A program made the position numbers and the translations under genes. Below the pieces are notes generated by a model, which ran no database searches, was not told the origin of the DNA, and saw only the letters and a program-made list of their open reading frames with translations. From IMG/VR virus record IMGVR_UViG_3300046463_000164: a DNA stretch of 64,000 bases. One strand, 5' to 3'. Positions 44,808-54,340 of the stretch are shown here, piece after piece. The stretch comes from a virus. Each line of letters opens with the position of its first letter. Positions within the stretch are counted from its first letter, which is position 1.

Positions 44808-46489
44808 GCATTTATGAAGAATTGAGTACAGAGCGCAAGAAGCTCCAAGCAGAAGGGCTTTTGCCTAGTTGGTATAGCACCGGTGGCTATCAGATGTTCA
44901 AGGACCGTTATCAATATGACGCACCGACTCCTAGACATCAATATGAGCGTATCGCTCGCACGGCAGCTAAACATACAAATAATCCAATTCGTTGGGAACG
45001 TAAGTTTTTTGAAATCCTATGGAACGGCTGGCTAAGCCCTTCTACCCCTGTTCTTGCTAACATGGGTACTAATCGGGGTATGCCAGTTTCATGTTCGGGT
45101 CAGTATATTGATGACTCAATCTACGGCTTTAAGGCGGCTGAACTAGAAACCTGCGTATTGACACAAGAAGGCTTCGGGACTTCTGGTTATCTTGGAGACA
45201 TTCGTGCTCGCGGTTCAAAAATCTCTCGTGGCGGTAAAGCAAGCGGGGTTCTTCCGGTCTATAAAGACTTTGTACAGGCGATGCGCGATGTGGCTCAGGG
45301 TACTGCCCGCCGTGGCGCTTGGGCTGGATATATTGAACCGACACACGGCGATTTTTATGAATTGGCAGCCTTCATTAAGAATAATCCTGATGACGCTAAT
45401 ATTGGTTGGTGTATCACCGATGCTTTTATCGAAGGACTAGACAACGGCGATCTAGACTTCTTGGATCGTTATCAGACCGCGATGGTTCTGAAGATGATCA
45501 CCGGCAAGGGTTATTTCTTCTTCCCGGATAAGGTCAATCGTCTACGTCCCATTGCATATGTAACTCATGATCTATTCGTCAAGGCTAGTAACCTGTGTTC
45601 TGAGATTGCACTATTCAGCGATGCTGACCACTCGTTCACTTGTGTATTGAGTTCGATGAACGCGGCGAAGTATCATGAATGGAAGCACACTGATGCGGCT
45701 TATGTAGCAACGGTATTCCTGGATTGCGTCTGTGCCGAGTTCCTAGAGAAAGCCCGTGGAATTAAGGGTCTGGAGAATGCGGTACGCTTTACTGAAAAGG
45801 GTCGTGCTCTTGGTCTAGGCGTTGCTGGGTTCCATACATATCTGCAAGCTAATAGCATTCCGTTTGATAGTTTCGAAGCTATTCAGTTCAACGATGAGTT
45901 GTTCAGTCATATTCGCGGTCAAGCTGATAAGGCTACCCGCGATTTGGCTAAGGAATTTGGAGAACCGGAATGGTGCGAGGGTCTGGGAATTCGTAATACT
46001 CACCTCATGGCAATTGCCCCGACAAAATCGACTGCGTTGATCATGGGCGGTATTTCTGAAGGTATCAATCCTGATCCGGCTATGACTTTCACGCAGCTAA
46101 CGGCCGCAGGTGAGGTTGATCGCGCTAATCCTATCCTACTAGAGTTGATGAAGCAGAAGGGCGTCTATGACGATGCTCATATGCTAGAACTAGCAAAAGC
46201 TCAAGGTTCAGTTCAGGCGGTTGACTGGCTGACGGATCATGAGAAGGAAGTGTTTAAGACTGCGTTTGAAATTAATCAACGTGCTATTATCTCGATGGCT
46301 TCGGCTCGTCAGATGTACGTGGATCAAGGCCAGTCTGTGAATCTGTTCTTCGATGCGGACGAAGATGAAGCGTATATCTCTGAGATTCATGAGATTGCAT
46401 TCAAAGACCCGTTCGTTACCAGCCTGTACTATAACTACAGCAAGGCTGGTATCGTTGCATCGCGCGGCGAGTGCGTCGCCTGTATGTAA
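44804..46489 (+). CDS. nrdA: Class I ribonucleotide reductase alpha subunit (short, no ATP cone apparent)
   Basis: PSTPVLAN, VSC, SNLCSEI, AIAPT, DQGQSVN, SLYY, C-terminal CVACM. Confidence 0.95.
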   Translation: MSIYEELSTERKKLQAEGLLPSWYSTGGYQMFKDRYQYDAPTPRHQYERIARTAAKHTNNPIRWERKFFEILWNGWLSPSTPVLANMGTNRGMPVSCSGQYIDDSIYGFKAAELETCVLTQEGFGTSGYLGDIRARGSKISRGGKASGVLPVYKDFVQAMRDVAQGTARRGAWAGYIEPTHGDFYELAAFIKNNPDDANIGWCITDAFIEGLDNGDLDFLDRYQTAMVLKMITGKGYFFFPDKVNRLRPIAYVTHDLFVKASNLCSEIALFSDADHSFTCVLSSMNAAKYHEWKHTDAAYVATVFLDCVCAEFLEKARGIKGLENAVRFTEKGRALGLGVAGFHTYLQANSIPFDSFEAIQFNDELFSHIRGQADKATRDLAKEFGEPEWCEGLGIRNTHLMAIAPTKSTALIMGGISEGINPDPAMTFTQLTAAGEVDRANPILLELMKQKGVYDDAHMLELAKAQGSVQAVDWLTDHEKEVFKTAFEINQRAIISMASARQMYVDQGQSVNLFFDADEDEAYISEIHEIAFKDPFVTSLYYNYSKAGIVASRGECVACM

Positions 46490-46551
46490 GCTAAATCATA
46501 GTACGAGGGGAGAGATTATCTCTCCCCAATTTTAAACTAATTGTAAAGACG

Positions 46552-46971
46552 ATGACTAATAAAGTTAGAGCACTCAAAGAGATTTTTGCTAAGATTGACC
46601 CTAATACGGAACTGCAAGTTGGCGATAGTCCTACTGGCTCGGGTCGTATTGTTTATGGTCCTTTCCCATCGTTTATCTTCCTAGTTGAAGAAGATGAGAA
46701 AGAACCCATCCGTGCTCTTGTACACGTTAATGCCGACGCGCCTAATCTGATCTATATGTTTAATGCATTCAGCAGCGAGTTGGATATTTCTTTTGATGGT
46801 CCTTTCGCCGTAGATGGAGACACCGGCGCTTTGATTCTGGGACCTGATGCCTACAAGAAGAAAGAGGATAACATTCTGATGTTTGCACAACAAATCCTTG
46901 AGCGCCGTAGGAACGAAAGAGAAACCGCATTGATTGTGCCTGACGAAAAGAAGATCGTCATTGCTCAGTAA
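46552..46971 (+). CDS. Hypothetical protein
   Basis: 139 aa ORF in the operon. Confidence 0.75.
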   Translation: MTNKVRALKEIFAKIDPNTELQVGDSPTGSGRIVYGPFPSFIFLVEEDEKEPIRALVHVNADAPNLIYMFNAFSSELDISFDGPFAVDGDTGALILGPDAYKKKEDNILMFAQQILERRRNERETALIVPDEKKIVIAQ

Positions 46972-46980
46972 GGATTTGAT

Positions 46981-47226
46981 ATGCTGACTGTATACTCGAA
47001 AGACGCATGCGCGCAATGTCTACAGCTGGAGAATCTGTTGAAGATTAAAGGCAAGACGTTTGAAGTAAAGAAGTTGGATAAGGATTACACTCGTGAAGAT
47101 TTGACGGCTATCTTTGAAGCTGCAGGTCAACCGATGCCGCGTTCATTCCCCATGCTATTCAACGGCTCTACGTTCGTTGGCGGCTTTAATGAAGCCCGCG
47201 TGGCGGTAATGACTGGAAAGCTATGA
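46981..47226 (+). CDS. Glutaredoxin
   Basis: VYSKDACAQC, RSFPM, FVGGF. Confidence 0.9.
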   Translation: MLTVYSKDACAQCLQLENLLKIKGKTFEVKKLDKDYTREDLTAIFEAAGQPMPRSFPMLFNGSTFVGGFNEARVAVMTGKL

Positions 47227-47366
47227 GTCTCCTTAAGTTTGAAATGACTTGCCATAATGAAGAATGCGGCAAGACGGCTATTGTGTTAGTCGATCCGGAA
47301 GAATCCCAAGCTCCTAATATTTGTCCTTTCTGCGGTTCAGAATCCTCTGAGGATACATCAGACTAA
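47223..47366 (+). CDS. 47-aa zinc-ribbon protein (absent from ORF track)
   Basis: MSLLKFEMTCHNEECGK...ICPFCGS; ATGA overlap with the glutaredoxin stop. Confidence 0.7.
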   Translation: MSLLKFEMTCHNEECGKTAIVLVDPEESQAPNICPFCGSESSEDTSD

Positions 47367-47392
47367 GTTCTCTGTATACCAACGGAGAATTT

Positions 47393-47950
47393 ATGATCAT
47401 CGCAGGAATTGATTACAGTTACACCAGCCCCGCTATTTGCGTATTTGATACGACGAAAGAGCTAAAGTTTGAAAATTTGAATTTCTATAATATCAACGGC
47501 ACTAAGAGTCGCGCCGGACAATATGGCGGGAATATCCAAATCAAACTATTCCGGGATTATGAAACGCAAGAAGAACGATTCAGAAACATCTGTAATTGGG
47601 CTTCAGGCATTCTAATCCATCACGGAGTTAAAGAGGCTTGTATTGAGGGTTATGCTCTAGGTGCAAGTTCAGGACTAGTGTTCCAGATTGCTGAGAATGC
47701 TAGTTTGCTGAAGCAGTATATGGATTTGAATGATATCAAGTTTGCTACTCCTGCTCCATCCCAGGTGAAGAAGAATTTCACCGGGAAAGGAAACGCAAAG
47801 AAAGATGTCATGGTGGAGACGTTCCAGAAACAACTATCAGTAAAGATTCACGAGATTCTAGGTGTCAAAGAAATGGCCAAGCCCATTGATGACATTTGTG
47901 ACTCTTATGCTGTAATGAAGTGTCACAGTTTTTTCACAGAGGTAAAATAA
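47393..47950 (+). CDS. RuvC-like Holliday junction resolvase
   Basis: IAGIDYSYTSPA, IEGYA, PSQVKKNFTGKGNAKK, DICDSY. Confidence 0.85.
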   Translation: MIIAGIDYSYTSPAICVFDTTKELKFENLNFYNINGTKSRAGQYGGNIQIKLFRDYETQEERFRNICNWASGILIHHGVKEACIEGYALGASSGLVFQIAENASLLKQYMDLNDIKFATPAPSQVKKNFTGKGNAKKDVMVETFQKQLSVKIHEILGVKEMAKPIDDICDSYAVMKCHSFFTEVK

Positions 47951-48459
47951 TGAGCGGAGCATCATCAGCTTTCACACAAGGTTATCTAACTGACCGACAA
48001 GCAGCAAATATTAAACGGCGTGACTTAGACTTGAGCGAGCTAATTGAGCTTTGCGCTCAACCTGAGAAGTTTGAAGATAGGGTTGCTGCTGTGCAACGCT
48101 ATAGCGCTATCTATCCCGAACTGAAGTATTTCCTCATTGTAGCCTATTTCTATCGGGACGCTTTCAGCGACATCTTGTCTATTGGTCCTTTAGATTGGCA
48201 ACCGTCTAATGTGCCGAAGGGTGGCAGCGTAGAGACTCTGAAGAGTATGTGGCGACAAGTGAACCGTATGTATGATACGTTTCCTACGGGACCAAGAACT
48301 AAGAGAGCAGTGGCTCACCAGTTGCTACCGTCCTTGCATAAAGACGACGCTAAATTATTGGCTGAAATTATTCAAGGTAAATACTATAGGAAGGAACTCA
48401 ACGAGTCAGTTGTAGCTGCGGCCTTTCCAGGGGACGTGCCTCAAGACCCAAACGCATAA
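47950..48459 (+). CDS. Hypothetical protein of T4-like phages
   Basis: ATG at 47950 with GAGG RBS; LLPSLHKDDAKLL..VVAAAFP motif. Confidence 0.75.
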   Translation: MSGASSAFTQGYLTDRQAANIKRRDLDLSELIELCAQPEKFEDRVAAVQRYSAIYPELKYFLIVAYFYRDAFSDILSIGPLDWQPSNVPKGGSVETLKSMWRQVNRMYDTFPTGPRTKRAVAHQLLPSLHKDDAKLLAEIIQGKYYRKELNESVVAAAFPGDVPQDPNA

Positions 48460-48703
48460 AGCCAGCTTTGAGGACTCGACATTTTGAATTCTGGCGTCGA
48501 GTCAAATTGAAGTTATTCAAAGCTGGCTAGAATCATAATAAAAACCAACCAAACCGGGGAAACGTAAAAGTTTCTCCGGTTTTCCATTTTTATCGGCGCT
48601 TTACTATGTTCGTATAGTAGGGTATAATCTAATTTTACATAATCCATATTTTAAGGCAATCTAGCGAAATCAAAATCTATCATAATTAATAAAGGAGTAG
48701 TAT

Positions 48704-49201
48704 ATGCTTGCCCAATTCAAGGCGATGATAGTATCAATGTTTATGGCAGTTAACATCGGCGCATCTCAGCCACCAGCCATAAACATGGACAATATAGATA
48801 ATCTCAAAGAAGTAGCTTGCCTATCGCAAGCTGTTCACGGCGAAGCCGGTAATCAATCCATGGAAGGAAAGATTGCTGTAGCCTATGTGATTATCAACCG
48901 TACAAAGAGCAGCAATTTCCCAGACGATGTATGTGCGGTAGTAAGACAGCGAGGTCAATTTGACTTTCTCAAGAAGGTCACTTGGATCAAGGAAGATAAA
49001 CCAGGCGTAAAGAAACAAATGGAGGAATCGATCAAGGCATCTTTGGTGGCTTGGCAAGGGGATCGAGCAGACCCGACTCATGGGTCTTTGTATTTCGTCA
49101 ACCCTAAGTTAGCCACTGACAAGAATTGGCTTGTTCACTATAAGGTGACTGCTAGGATCGGGGATCATGCTTTCTATCGTCCTAGACGGTCGGACATGTG
49201 A
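48704..49201 (+). CDS. Cell wall hydrolase (SleB/Hydrolase_2)
   Basis: CLSQAVHGEAGNQ..GKIAVAYVIINR..FPDDVCAVV..QF, DPTHGSLYF, IGDHAFY. Confidence 0.92.
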   Translation: MLAQFKAMIVSMFMAVNIGASQPPAINMDNIDNLKEVACLSQAVHGEAGNQSMEGKIAVAYVIINRTKSSNFPDDVCAVVRQRGQFDFLKKVTWIKEDKPGVKKQMEESIKASLVAWQGDRADPTHGSLYFVNPKLATDKNWLVHYKVTARIGDHAFYRPRRSDM

Positions 49202-49273
49202 CCTTCGTCTTACGATAGCTAAAAAGGGGTCTATAATAGGATAAAAGAACGTAACTTTTAGGGGAGCACGACG

Positions 49274-49510
49274 ATGGCAAAGATTGAGTTATCCCATGAA
49301 GAGGTTTCGGCATTAGAAAGTATTCTCAAGCGTTGTCTGCGCGAGAATCACGAAATGATCGAGAAGATGCCATCACTTGGTATCAAGCTACAAAGGGAGA
49401 ACGAAGAAGTAGGCAAGGTAATACAAAAACTTCTGATAATTCCCCGTAACTCTAAACCCATGCCGTTGTATTCTATCTCCGAGTTCAATAACAAGCTGAT
49501 TATCAAATAA
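49274..49510 (+). CDS. Hypothetical protein
   Basis: 78 aa, GGAG RBS. Confidence 0.65.
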   Translation: MAKIELSHEEVSALESILKRCLRENHEMIEKMPSLGIKLQRENEEVGKVIQKLLIIPRNSKPMPLYSISEFNNKLIIK

Positions 49511-49595
49511 TAAAATTCAGCTGCCCTACTTTACTTCATACATACTCCATAGTATAATAGTATCTGTTGTTTAGATAACTAACTATGGAGTATGA

Positions 49596-50528
49596 ATGGA
49601 ACACGGTTTTAAGAGCAAGTCAATTCGTAAGATTCTGAAGAATAAGATTGGCGATTGGATTAAGTCGGTTGACGATAAAGACGTACAAAGGCTACTGCGC
49701 CGTGACGTTATTGTTACCGGCGGTTCTATCGTTTCGATGTTGATGGGCGATGAGATCAAGGACTTCGACATCTACTTCAAGACGAAGGAAACGACAGAAG
49801 CTATTGCCGAGTATTACTGTAAGACTTTCACACGTCTGAACGGCGATCACGGCATGCAGCCCGTTGTAGAGGTTGATGAAAATGGCCGTGTTCAGATTCA
49901 CGTCCAAAGTCACGGAGTAGCTCAAGCGGATGACGCTGAAGATACCCCTGAATTCGCATATGAAGAAGGTCTTGGCGAGGGTGGTGCAGACGCAGTAGCT
50001 GATTACATCCTTAAGCCTCAACAAACCGAGGAAGCAAAGAAAGAACGCTATCGCCCGGTTTTCCTAAGCGCCAATGCTATTACCTTGACGGATAAGATCC
50101 AATTGGTGATTCGTTTCTATGGCTCTCCTGAAGAGATTCATAAGAATTACGACTTCGAGCATTGCAAGAACGTGTATGATTACCAAACTGATACTTTGGA
50201 TCTGCGCGCTTCGGCTCTTGAATCCATTCTCAGCAAGACCCTGAACTATACGGGTTCCCTATATCCGATTTGTAGCCTGTTCCGTATGCGCAAGTTTATT
50301 GAGCGCGGCTGGCGTATCTCGGCAGGGGAAATCCTGAAGATGGCATGGCAAGTCAACGATCTGGACCTTACAGATGTTAACGTTGTTAAGGATCAGCTGA
50401 CTGGATGCGACCAGGCGTACATGAATCATTTGCTGATTGTTATGGCAAAGGCGCGGGAAGAAAACCCGGAAGTTAAAATTGACTCGCTGTATATCGTGGA
50501 ACTAGTTGACAAGGTATTCAATCAATGA
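49596..50528 (+). CDS. Putative nucleotidyltransferase-fold protein
   Basis: VTGGSIVS..IKDFDIYF (GG/S...DxD), IQLV, YDFEHC, RMRKFIERGW. Confidence 0.65.
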   Translation: MEHGFKSKSIRKILKNKIGDWIKSVDDKDVQRLLRRDVIVTGGSIVSMLMGDEIKDFDIYFKTKETTEAIAEYYCKTFTRLNGDHGMQPVVEVDENGRVQIHVQSHGVAQADDAEDTPEFAYEEGLGEGGADAVADYILKPQQTEEAKKERYRPVFLSANAITLTDKIQLVIRFYGSPEEIHKNYDFEHCKNVYDYQTDTLDLRASALESILSKTLNYTGSLYPICSLFRMRKFIERGWRISAGEILKMAWQVNDLDLTDVNVVKDQLTGCDQAYMNHLLIVMAKAREENPEVKIDSLYIVELVDKVFNQ

Positions 50529-50749
50529 GCCAAGTTTGGATAGTAGTATTTCCGCGTTCTGATAAGACTAAGCTGGATTTAGTTCTGGCTTGGGATTATG
50601 AGTTCAGGGATTATTGCATCGCCTCCCGTAAAACATGGCCGTATGAGGGCAAGGACGAAGCTATTGCTTATGGCGTAGAGTTGGCCGATAAGCATAATCT
50701 CCAATGCGTGGGGGATTTGTTTGAACATCAAGAACATTATTTGGATTAA
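50525..50749 (+). CDS. Hypothetical protein
   Basis: 74 aa, ATGA overlap. Confidence 0.7.
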   Translation: MSQVWIVVFPRSDKTKLDLVLAWDYEFRDYCIASRKTWPYEGKDEAIAYGVELADKHNLQCVGDLFEHQEHYLD

Positions 50750-50751
50750 GT

Positions 50752-51006
50752 ATGCCATTGTATGAATATAAGTGCGAGAAGTGTGAGCATACCTTCTCGG
50801 ATGTTTTGAAGATTGCAGACCGCAATCAACCTAAAGAGGCTCCCTGCCCTAACTGTAAAGAAACGGGTGGTATTGATCAAGTGATAGGTTCTCCGCGTAT
50901 CGTTGCTGGAGTGGGCGATTTCCGCAAGGGAGTTCCAGACGTGTTCAAGGACCGTCTGCGGGAGATTAAGAAAACTGCTGGAAGGACAAGTACGATTGAC
51001 GTATAA
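50752..51006 (+). CDS. FmdB-family zinc-ribbon protein
   Basis: MPLYEYKCEKCEH...CPNC. Confidence 0.9.
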   Translation: MPLYEYKCEKCEHTFSDVLKIADRNQPKEAPCPNCKETGGIDQVIGSPRIVAGVGDFRKGVPDVFKDRLREIKKTAGRTSTIDV

Positions 51007-51202
51007 CAAATCTGATCAGTTTTATTCGAAACAAATTGGTCCCGTATTATGTGCTTGTATGGGACCGGTTCATGGTGAACCCTTGTGTCCTTGTAGTATG
51101 AGGAACGCGGGTTTGCCTATGTCCAAAGAGCATGCAGAAGCTGCGGGAATAGATAGAGAATCCCTAGAGATTTTCTTCAAGAACTGGCAGGAGCGTGCAT
51201 GA
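50996..51202 (+). CDS. Small Cys-rich hypothetical protein
   Basis: CACMGP..EPLCPCSM; probable TTG start at 50996. Confidence 0.55.
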   Translation: MTYNKSDQFYSKQIGPVLCACMGPVHGEPLCPCSMRNAGLPMSKEHAEAAGIDRESLEIFFKNWQERA

Positions 51203-51519
51203 ATGACTGCTCCGAATATGATTACGGAATCAAGAAAATGGTAATCTCTCTTGATTACGACGACACATACACCCGCGATCCCCGTCTATGGGACGCCTTC
51301 ATTACAGCTGCTAAGGCTAGTGGTCATACTGTGTATTGCGTTACAATGCGATATCGTAAAGAAGGCGCTGATGTAGTTCGCACCCTCACTGGCAAGGTGG
51401 ACAATATTTTCTTCACCGAACGCCGAAATAAACACGACTTTATGTTTGAACAAGGTATCTCAGTCAACGTATGGATTGACGATATGCCGTGGTTCATCCT
51501 TCATGACGCAAGGAAGTAA
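51199..51519 (+). CDS. Minimal HAD-superfamily hydrolase
   Basis: ISLDYDDT, VTMR, VWIDDMP. Confidence 0.8.
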   Translation: MNDCSEYDYGIKKMVISLDYDDTYTRDPRLWDAFITAAKASGHTVYCVTMRYRKEGADVVRTLTGKVDNIFFTERRNKHDFMFEQGISVNVWIDDMPWFILHDARK

Positions 51520-51520
51520 A

Positions 51521-51784
51521 ATGGAAAACGTAGTTGAAGCAACTCCCGTGGCGATTCCTTCGTCTGAAGAGTTTTCGCTTGAAGTGGAAAGCCGGGCGTG
51601 GTCGGATAAGGATGAAGATTCCTATATTTATCATACCACTCAGTATATTGAAGAACTGGGTCTTGAGCCCGAAGATGGTAAGAAGCTGATCAGCCCTTCA
51701 TTGTTTGATAAGATCAAAAATGAAGCAATGCAGCTGCGTCTACTGAAAGAACGTAACACCACTAGCTCTGTGATCGGGTTCTAA
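51521..51784 (+). CDS. gp33: Late transcription co-activator gp33
   Basis: FSLEVE..SYI..YIEELGLE..KLISPSLFDKIKNEA..LRLL; precedes gp32. Confidence 0.8.
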   Translation: MENVVEATPVAIPSSEEFSLEVESRAWSDKDEDSYIYHTTQYIEELGLEPEDGKKLISPSLFDKIKNEAMQLRLLKERNTTSSVIGF

Positions 51785-51926
51785 GGTATAATATGTGTCT
51801 GGCGTAAAAAGCCAGACTAAATAAACGTATAGCGGCAAGAGAAGGTCAGAAGCTCATTGCTCGTTCCATCCTAAAAGAAAGAATGACATTCTATGAAACT
51901 AAAATTATTGTAAGCGAGATATAAAC

Positions 51927-52961
51927 ATGGCTGTAGATTTTAACGCACTACGTGCACGTAAAGGTTCAAACTTCCAAGCTCTGCAACAAAAGCTGGAAAA
52001 GACTGGTCAAAATGGCGGTGGATTCAAGAAAGATGAACGCATTTGGAAGCCGGTTCGTAATGCAAAAGACAACAAGTCTGTGAATATTATCCGATTCCTG
52101 CCTATTCCGTTTGTGGATGAGGTTGGTGTCGAAGAAGGTAAGTACAAGGCTGAAGACCTGACTCCGATGGCTAAGATTCTGAGCCACGGTTTCCAAGGAC
52201 CGAAGGGTTGGTACATCGAAAAGTCGCTTCAGACGTTCGGTGAAGACTGTCCTGTTCGTGCCTATGATGGCCCGCTTTGGGGTACTGCCAAGAAGAACAA
52301 TGATGAGATTCTTAAGAATGCTCTGAAGAAGCGTTTGCCGAGCACGACCTATTACGCCAACGTTCTCATTATCAAGGATGGTACGAATCCTGAGAACAAC
52401 GGTAAGGTTATGATCTATGAATTCGGTGAGACGATTCGTAAGATTCTTGAGAAGTGTAACAAGCCTGAGTTTGATACTGATCCGGTGTTTGACCCGTTCG
52501 ATATGTTCGAAGGTGCAGACCTGATCTTGAACTTGACGTACACGAAGAAGAAGATTGGTGAGAAGGAAATCGACGCGCCGAATTTTGATAGCGTCAAGTG
52601 GGGTCCGCAAGGCCCGTTGGCTGGTGGTGATGAAGCTGAAATGGAACGCATTTGGAAGGCATCGCATTCCATCGCTGAGTTCTATGATCGTAAGAACTTC
52701 AAGACCTACGACGAACTGAAGGCAAAGTATGAGAAGGTTATGGGTATTGGTGCCGAAGGCGGTTCTGATGTTCCCGCAGCCGGTAAGCCTAAGACTGCAG
52801 AGCAAATGCTTGATGAAATGACTGGCGGCTCGAAAGAAGCTCCTGCTGAACAAGCTAAGTCAACTCCTGCTCCGTCTGTCGGAAAGACTGCTGACGCAGC
52901 GCCTTTGGCTGGCGATTCGGATGAAATGGCTGAGTTTGAGCGCCTCCTACAAGGTATGTAA
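51927..52961 (+). CDS. gp32: Single-stranded DNA-binding protein gp32
   Basis: DERIWK, IIRFLP, HGFQGPKGWYIE, YYANVLIIKD, PFDMFEGA, acidic tail. Confidence 0.95.
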   Translation: MAVDFNALRARKGSNFQALQQKLEKTGQNGGGFKKDERIWKPVRNAKDNKSVNIIRFLPIPFVDEVGVEEGKYKAEDLTPMAKILSHGFQGPKGWYIEKSLQTFGEDCPVRAYDGPLWGTAKKNNDEILKNALKKRLPSTTYYANVLIIKDGTNPENNGKVMIYEFGETIRKILEKCNKPEFDTDPVFDPFDMFEGADLILNLTYTKKKIGEKEIDAPNFDSVKWGPQGPLAGGDEAEMERIWKASHSIAEFYDRKNFKTYDELKAKYEKVMGIGAEGGSDVPAAGKPKTAEQMLDEMTGGSKEAPAEQAKSTPAPSVGKTADAAPLAGDSDEMAEFERLLQGM

Positions 52962-52974
52962 TATGTAAAACAGA

Positions 52975-53001
52975 AAAGCCCTTCCTCACGGAAGGGCTTT
53001 T
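52975..53001. terminator. Bidirectional terminator
   Basis: AAAAGCCCTTCC-TCAC-GGAAGGGCTTTT. Confidence 0.85.
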
Positions 53002-53002
53002 G

Positions 53003-53680
53003 TTATTTGTGCTTACAGTTATCGTTATGCCATCGCTTAAGGTTTCCTGCAGTACACTCAGTTCCGCAATGAATACAATTATATCTTTCTTGATTACGGC
53101 AAGACTCGCTCATCTTGTTTTTAACTTCTTCAGATACGACCTTATCCTTCAGTTTAGCTAGGCTCTCTGGAGTATGTTTTCTTCCCTTGAATGGAGATTC
53201 GATTTTCCTTTCTAATCTAGTTTTGGAAATCTTGTCCTTAGTTTCCTGATCTCTAGGAATGCCTTTATTCCATGCTTCTACGCCCATACGATTTTCAGAC
53301 ATCCTCCTTTTCTCATCTTCAGTTCTTGGGATACCCTTGTTCCAAGCCGGGATGCCGCTTCTTGTTTCTGATATTCTGGTTTTCTGTTCCTCAGTCAATA
53401 ACCCATTGGTTCCGCCTTCTCGCATATTATACGTATCTGGTCTATCGCAGAATTCTAAAGTGACAATCTCAGCTTCTGCTATATTGGCCAATTCTCTTGT
53501 ATCGAATGTACTTATAATTTCCTTGGTAAAGTTATCTAACCCATACTTATTATGAGCCCTGATGATAGCGACGCCAGACCCCATATATTTGTCTTCATTT
53601 GGATCACATTCACATGATCTGACTCCAACATAAATCTTGCTGTTTATGTTATTTGTTATCTGATATACATAATGGTTCAT
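53003..53680 (-). CDS. Seg-like GIY-YIG homing endonuclease
   Basis: YVYQITNNINSKIYVG, YMGSG, YGLDNFTKEII, YNMREGG, repeated AWNKGIPR. Confidence 0.9.
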   Translation of the reverse strand: MNHYVYQITNNINSKIYVGVRSCECDPNEDKYMGSGVAIIRAHNKYGLDNFTKEIISTFDTRELANIAEAEIVTLEFCDRPDTYNMREGGTNGLLTEEQKTRISETRSGIPAWNKGIPRTEDEKRRMSENRMGVEAWNKGIPRDQETKDKISKTRLERKIESPFKGRKHTPESLAKLKDKVVSEEVKNKMSESCRNQERYNCIHCGTECTAGNLKRWHNDNCKHK

Positions 53681-53759
53681 ATGGATAAGCCTTTACTTTA
53701 TATGTAAAATATAGTATGATAGGATTAACTTAACTAACCCTAGTGGATGGAATATTTAG

Positions 53760-54311
53760 ATGGGTATTATTGCATGCGACGTGGATTTGACGGTCGTTGA
53801 TTCGCTAACACCTTGGATGGACTGGTTCAAACAGTTCACGGATAAGCCAGTATTGAATTTGACTCGGACCTATGATTTGGTCACTGAGATGAAAGAGATT
53901 CTGGTTGCCGATGGTCTGAAGAACTATGTAGACCCGATATCATTCTGGCGCAAGCCGGATTTGTATGACAAGTTGGAACCGGTGGAGGGTTCTGTAGAAG
54001 CGCTTAAGCGAGCCCATGATAATGGACAAACTATCGTATTTGTGAGTTCATGCTTCCCAGAACACACCCAGTCTAAGATCAATTTTCTGAAACGTTGCTT
54101 CAATTTCTCAGACGGTTTTATCGCTACGCACGAAAAGCATTACGTTGCTTATAGCGAGTTGATCGACGATAAGCTGGAACATATGGCTCTCGGATTCGAG
54201 CATCGCTATATGGCCAGCCATATCTTGTTCACTGGAATTCGTGCGGATGGTTTCGAGAAGGACCGCGAGCCGTATGAACAGATGAATAGTTGGGATGATT
54301 ACTACCGCTAA
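53760..54311 (+). CDS. 5'(3')-deoxyribonucleotidase-like HAD protein
   Basis: ACDVDLTVVD, PVEGSVEAL, FVS, LIDD. Confidence 0.8.
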   Translation: MGIIACDVDLTVVDSLTPWMDWFKQFTDKPVLNLTRTYDLVTEMKEILVADGLKNYVDPISFWRKPDLYDKLEPVEGSVEALKRAHDNGQTIVFVSSCFPEHTQSKINFLKRCFNFSDGFIATHEKHYVAYSELIDDKLEHMALGFEHRYMASHILFTGIRADGFEKDREPYEQMNSWDDYYR

Positions 54312-54340
54312 ATTTCGTTTTTAACCTACCCAATATAGAT

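Noticed and set aside
51966-52853. 295-aa minus-strand ORF
   Set aside because: Antisense shadow of gp32
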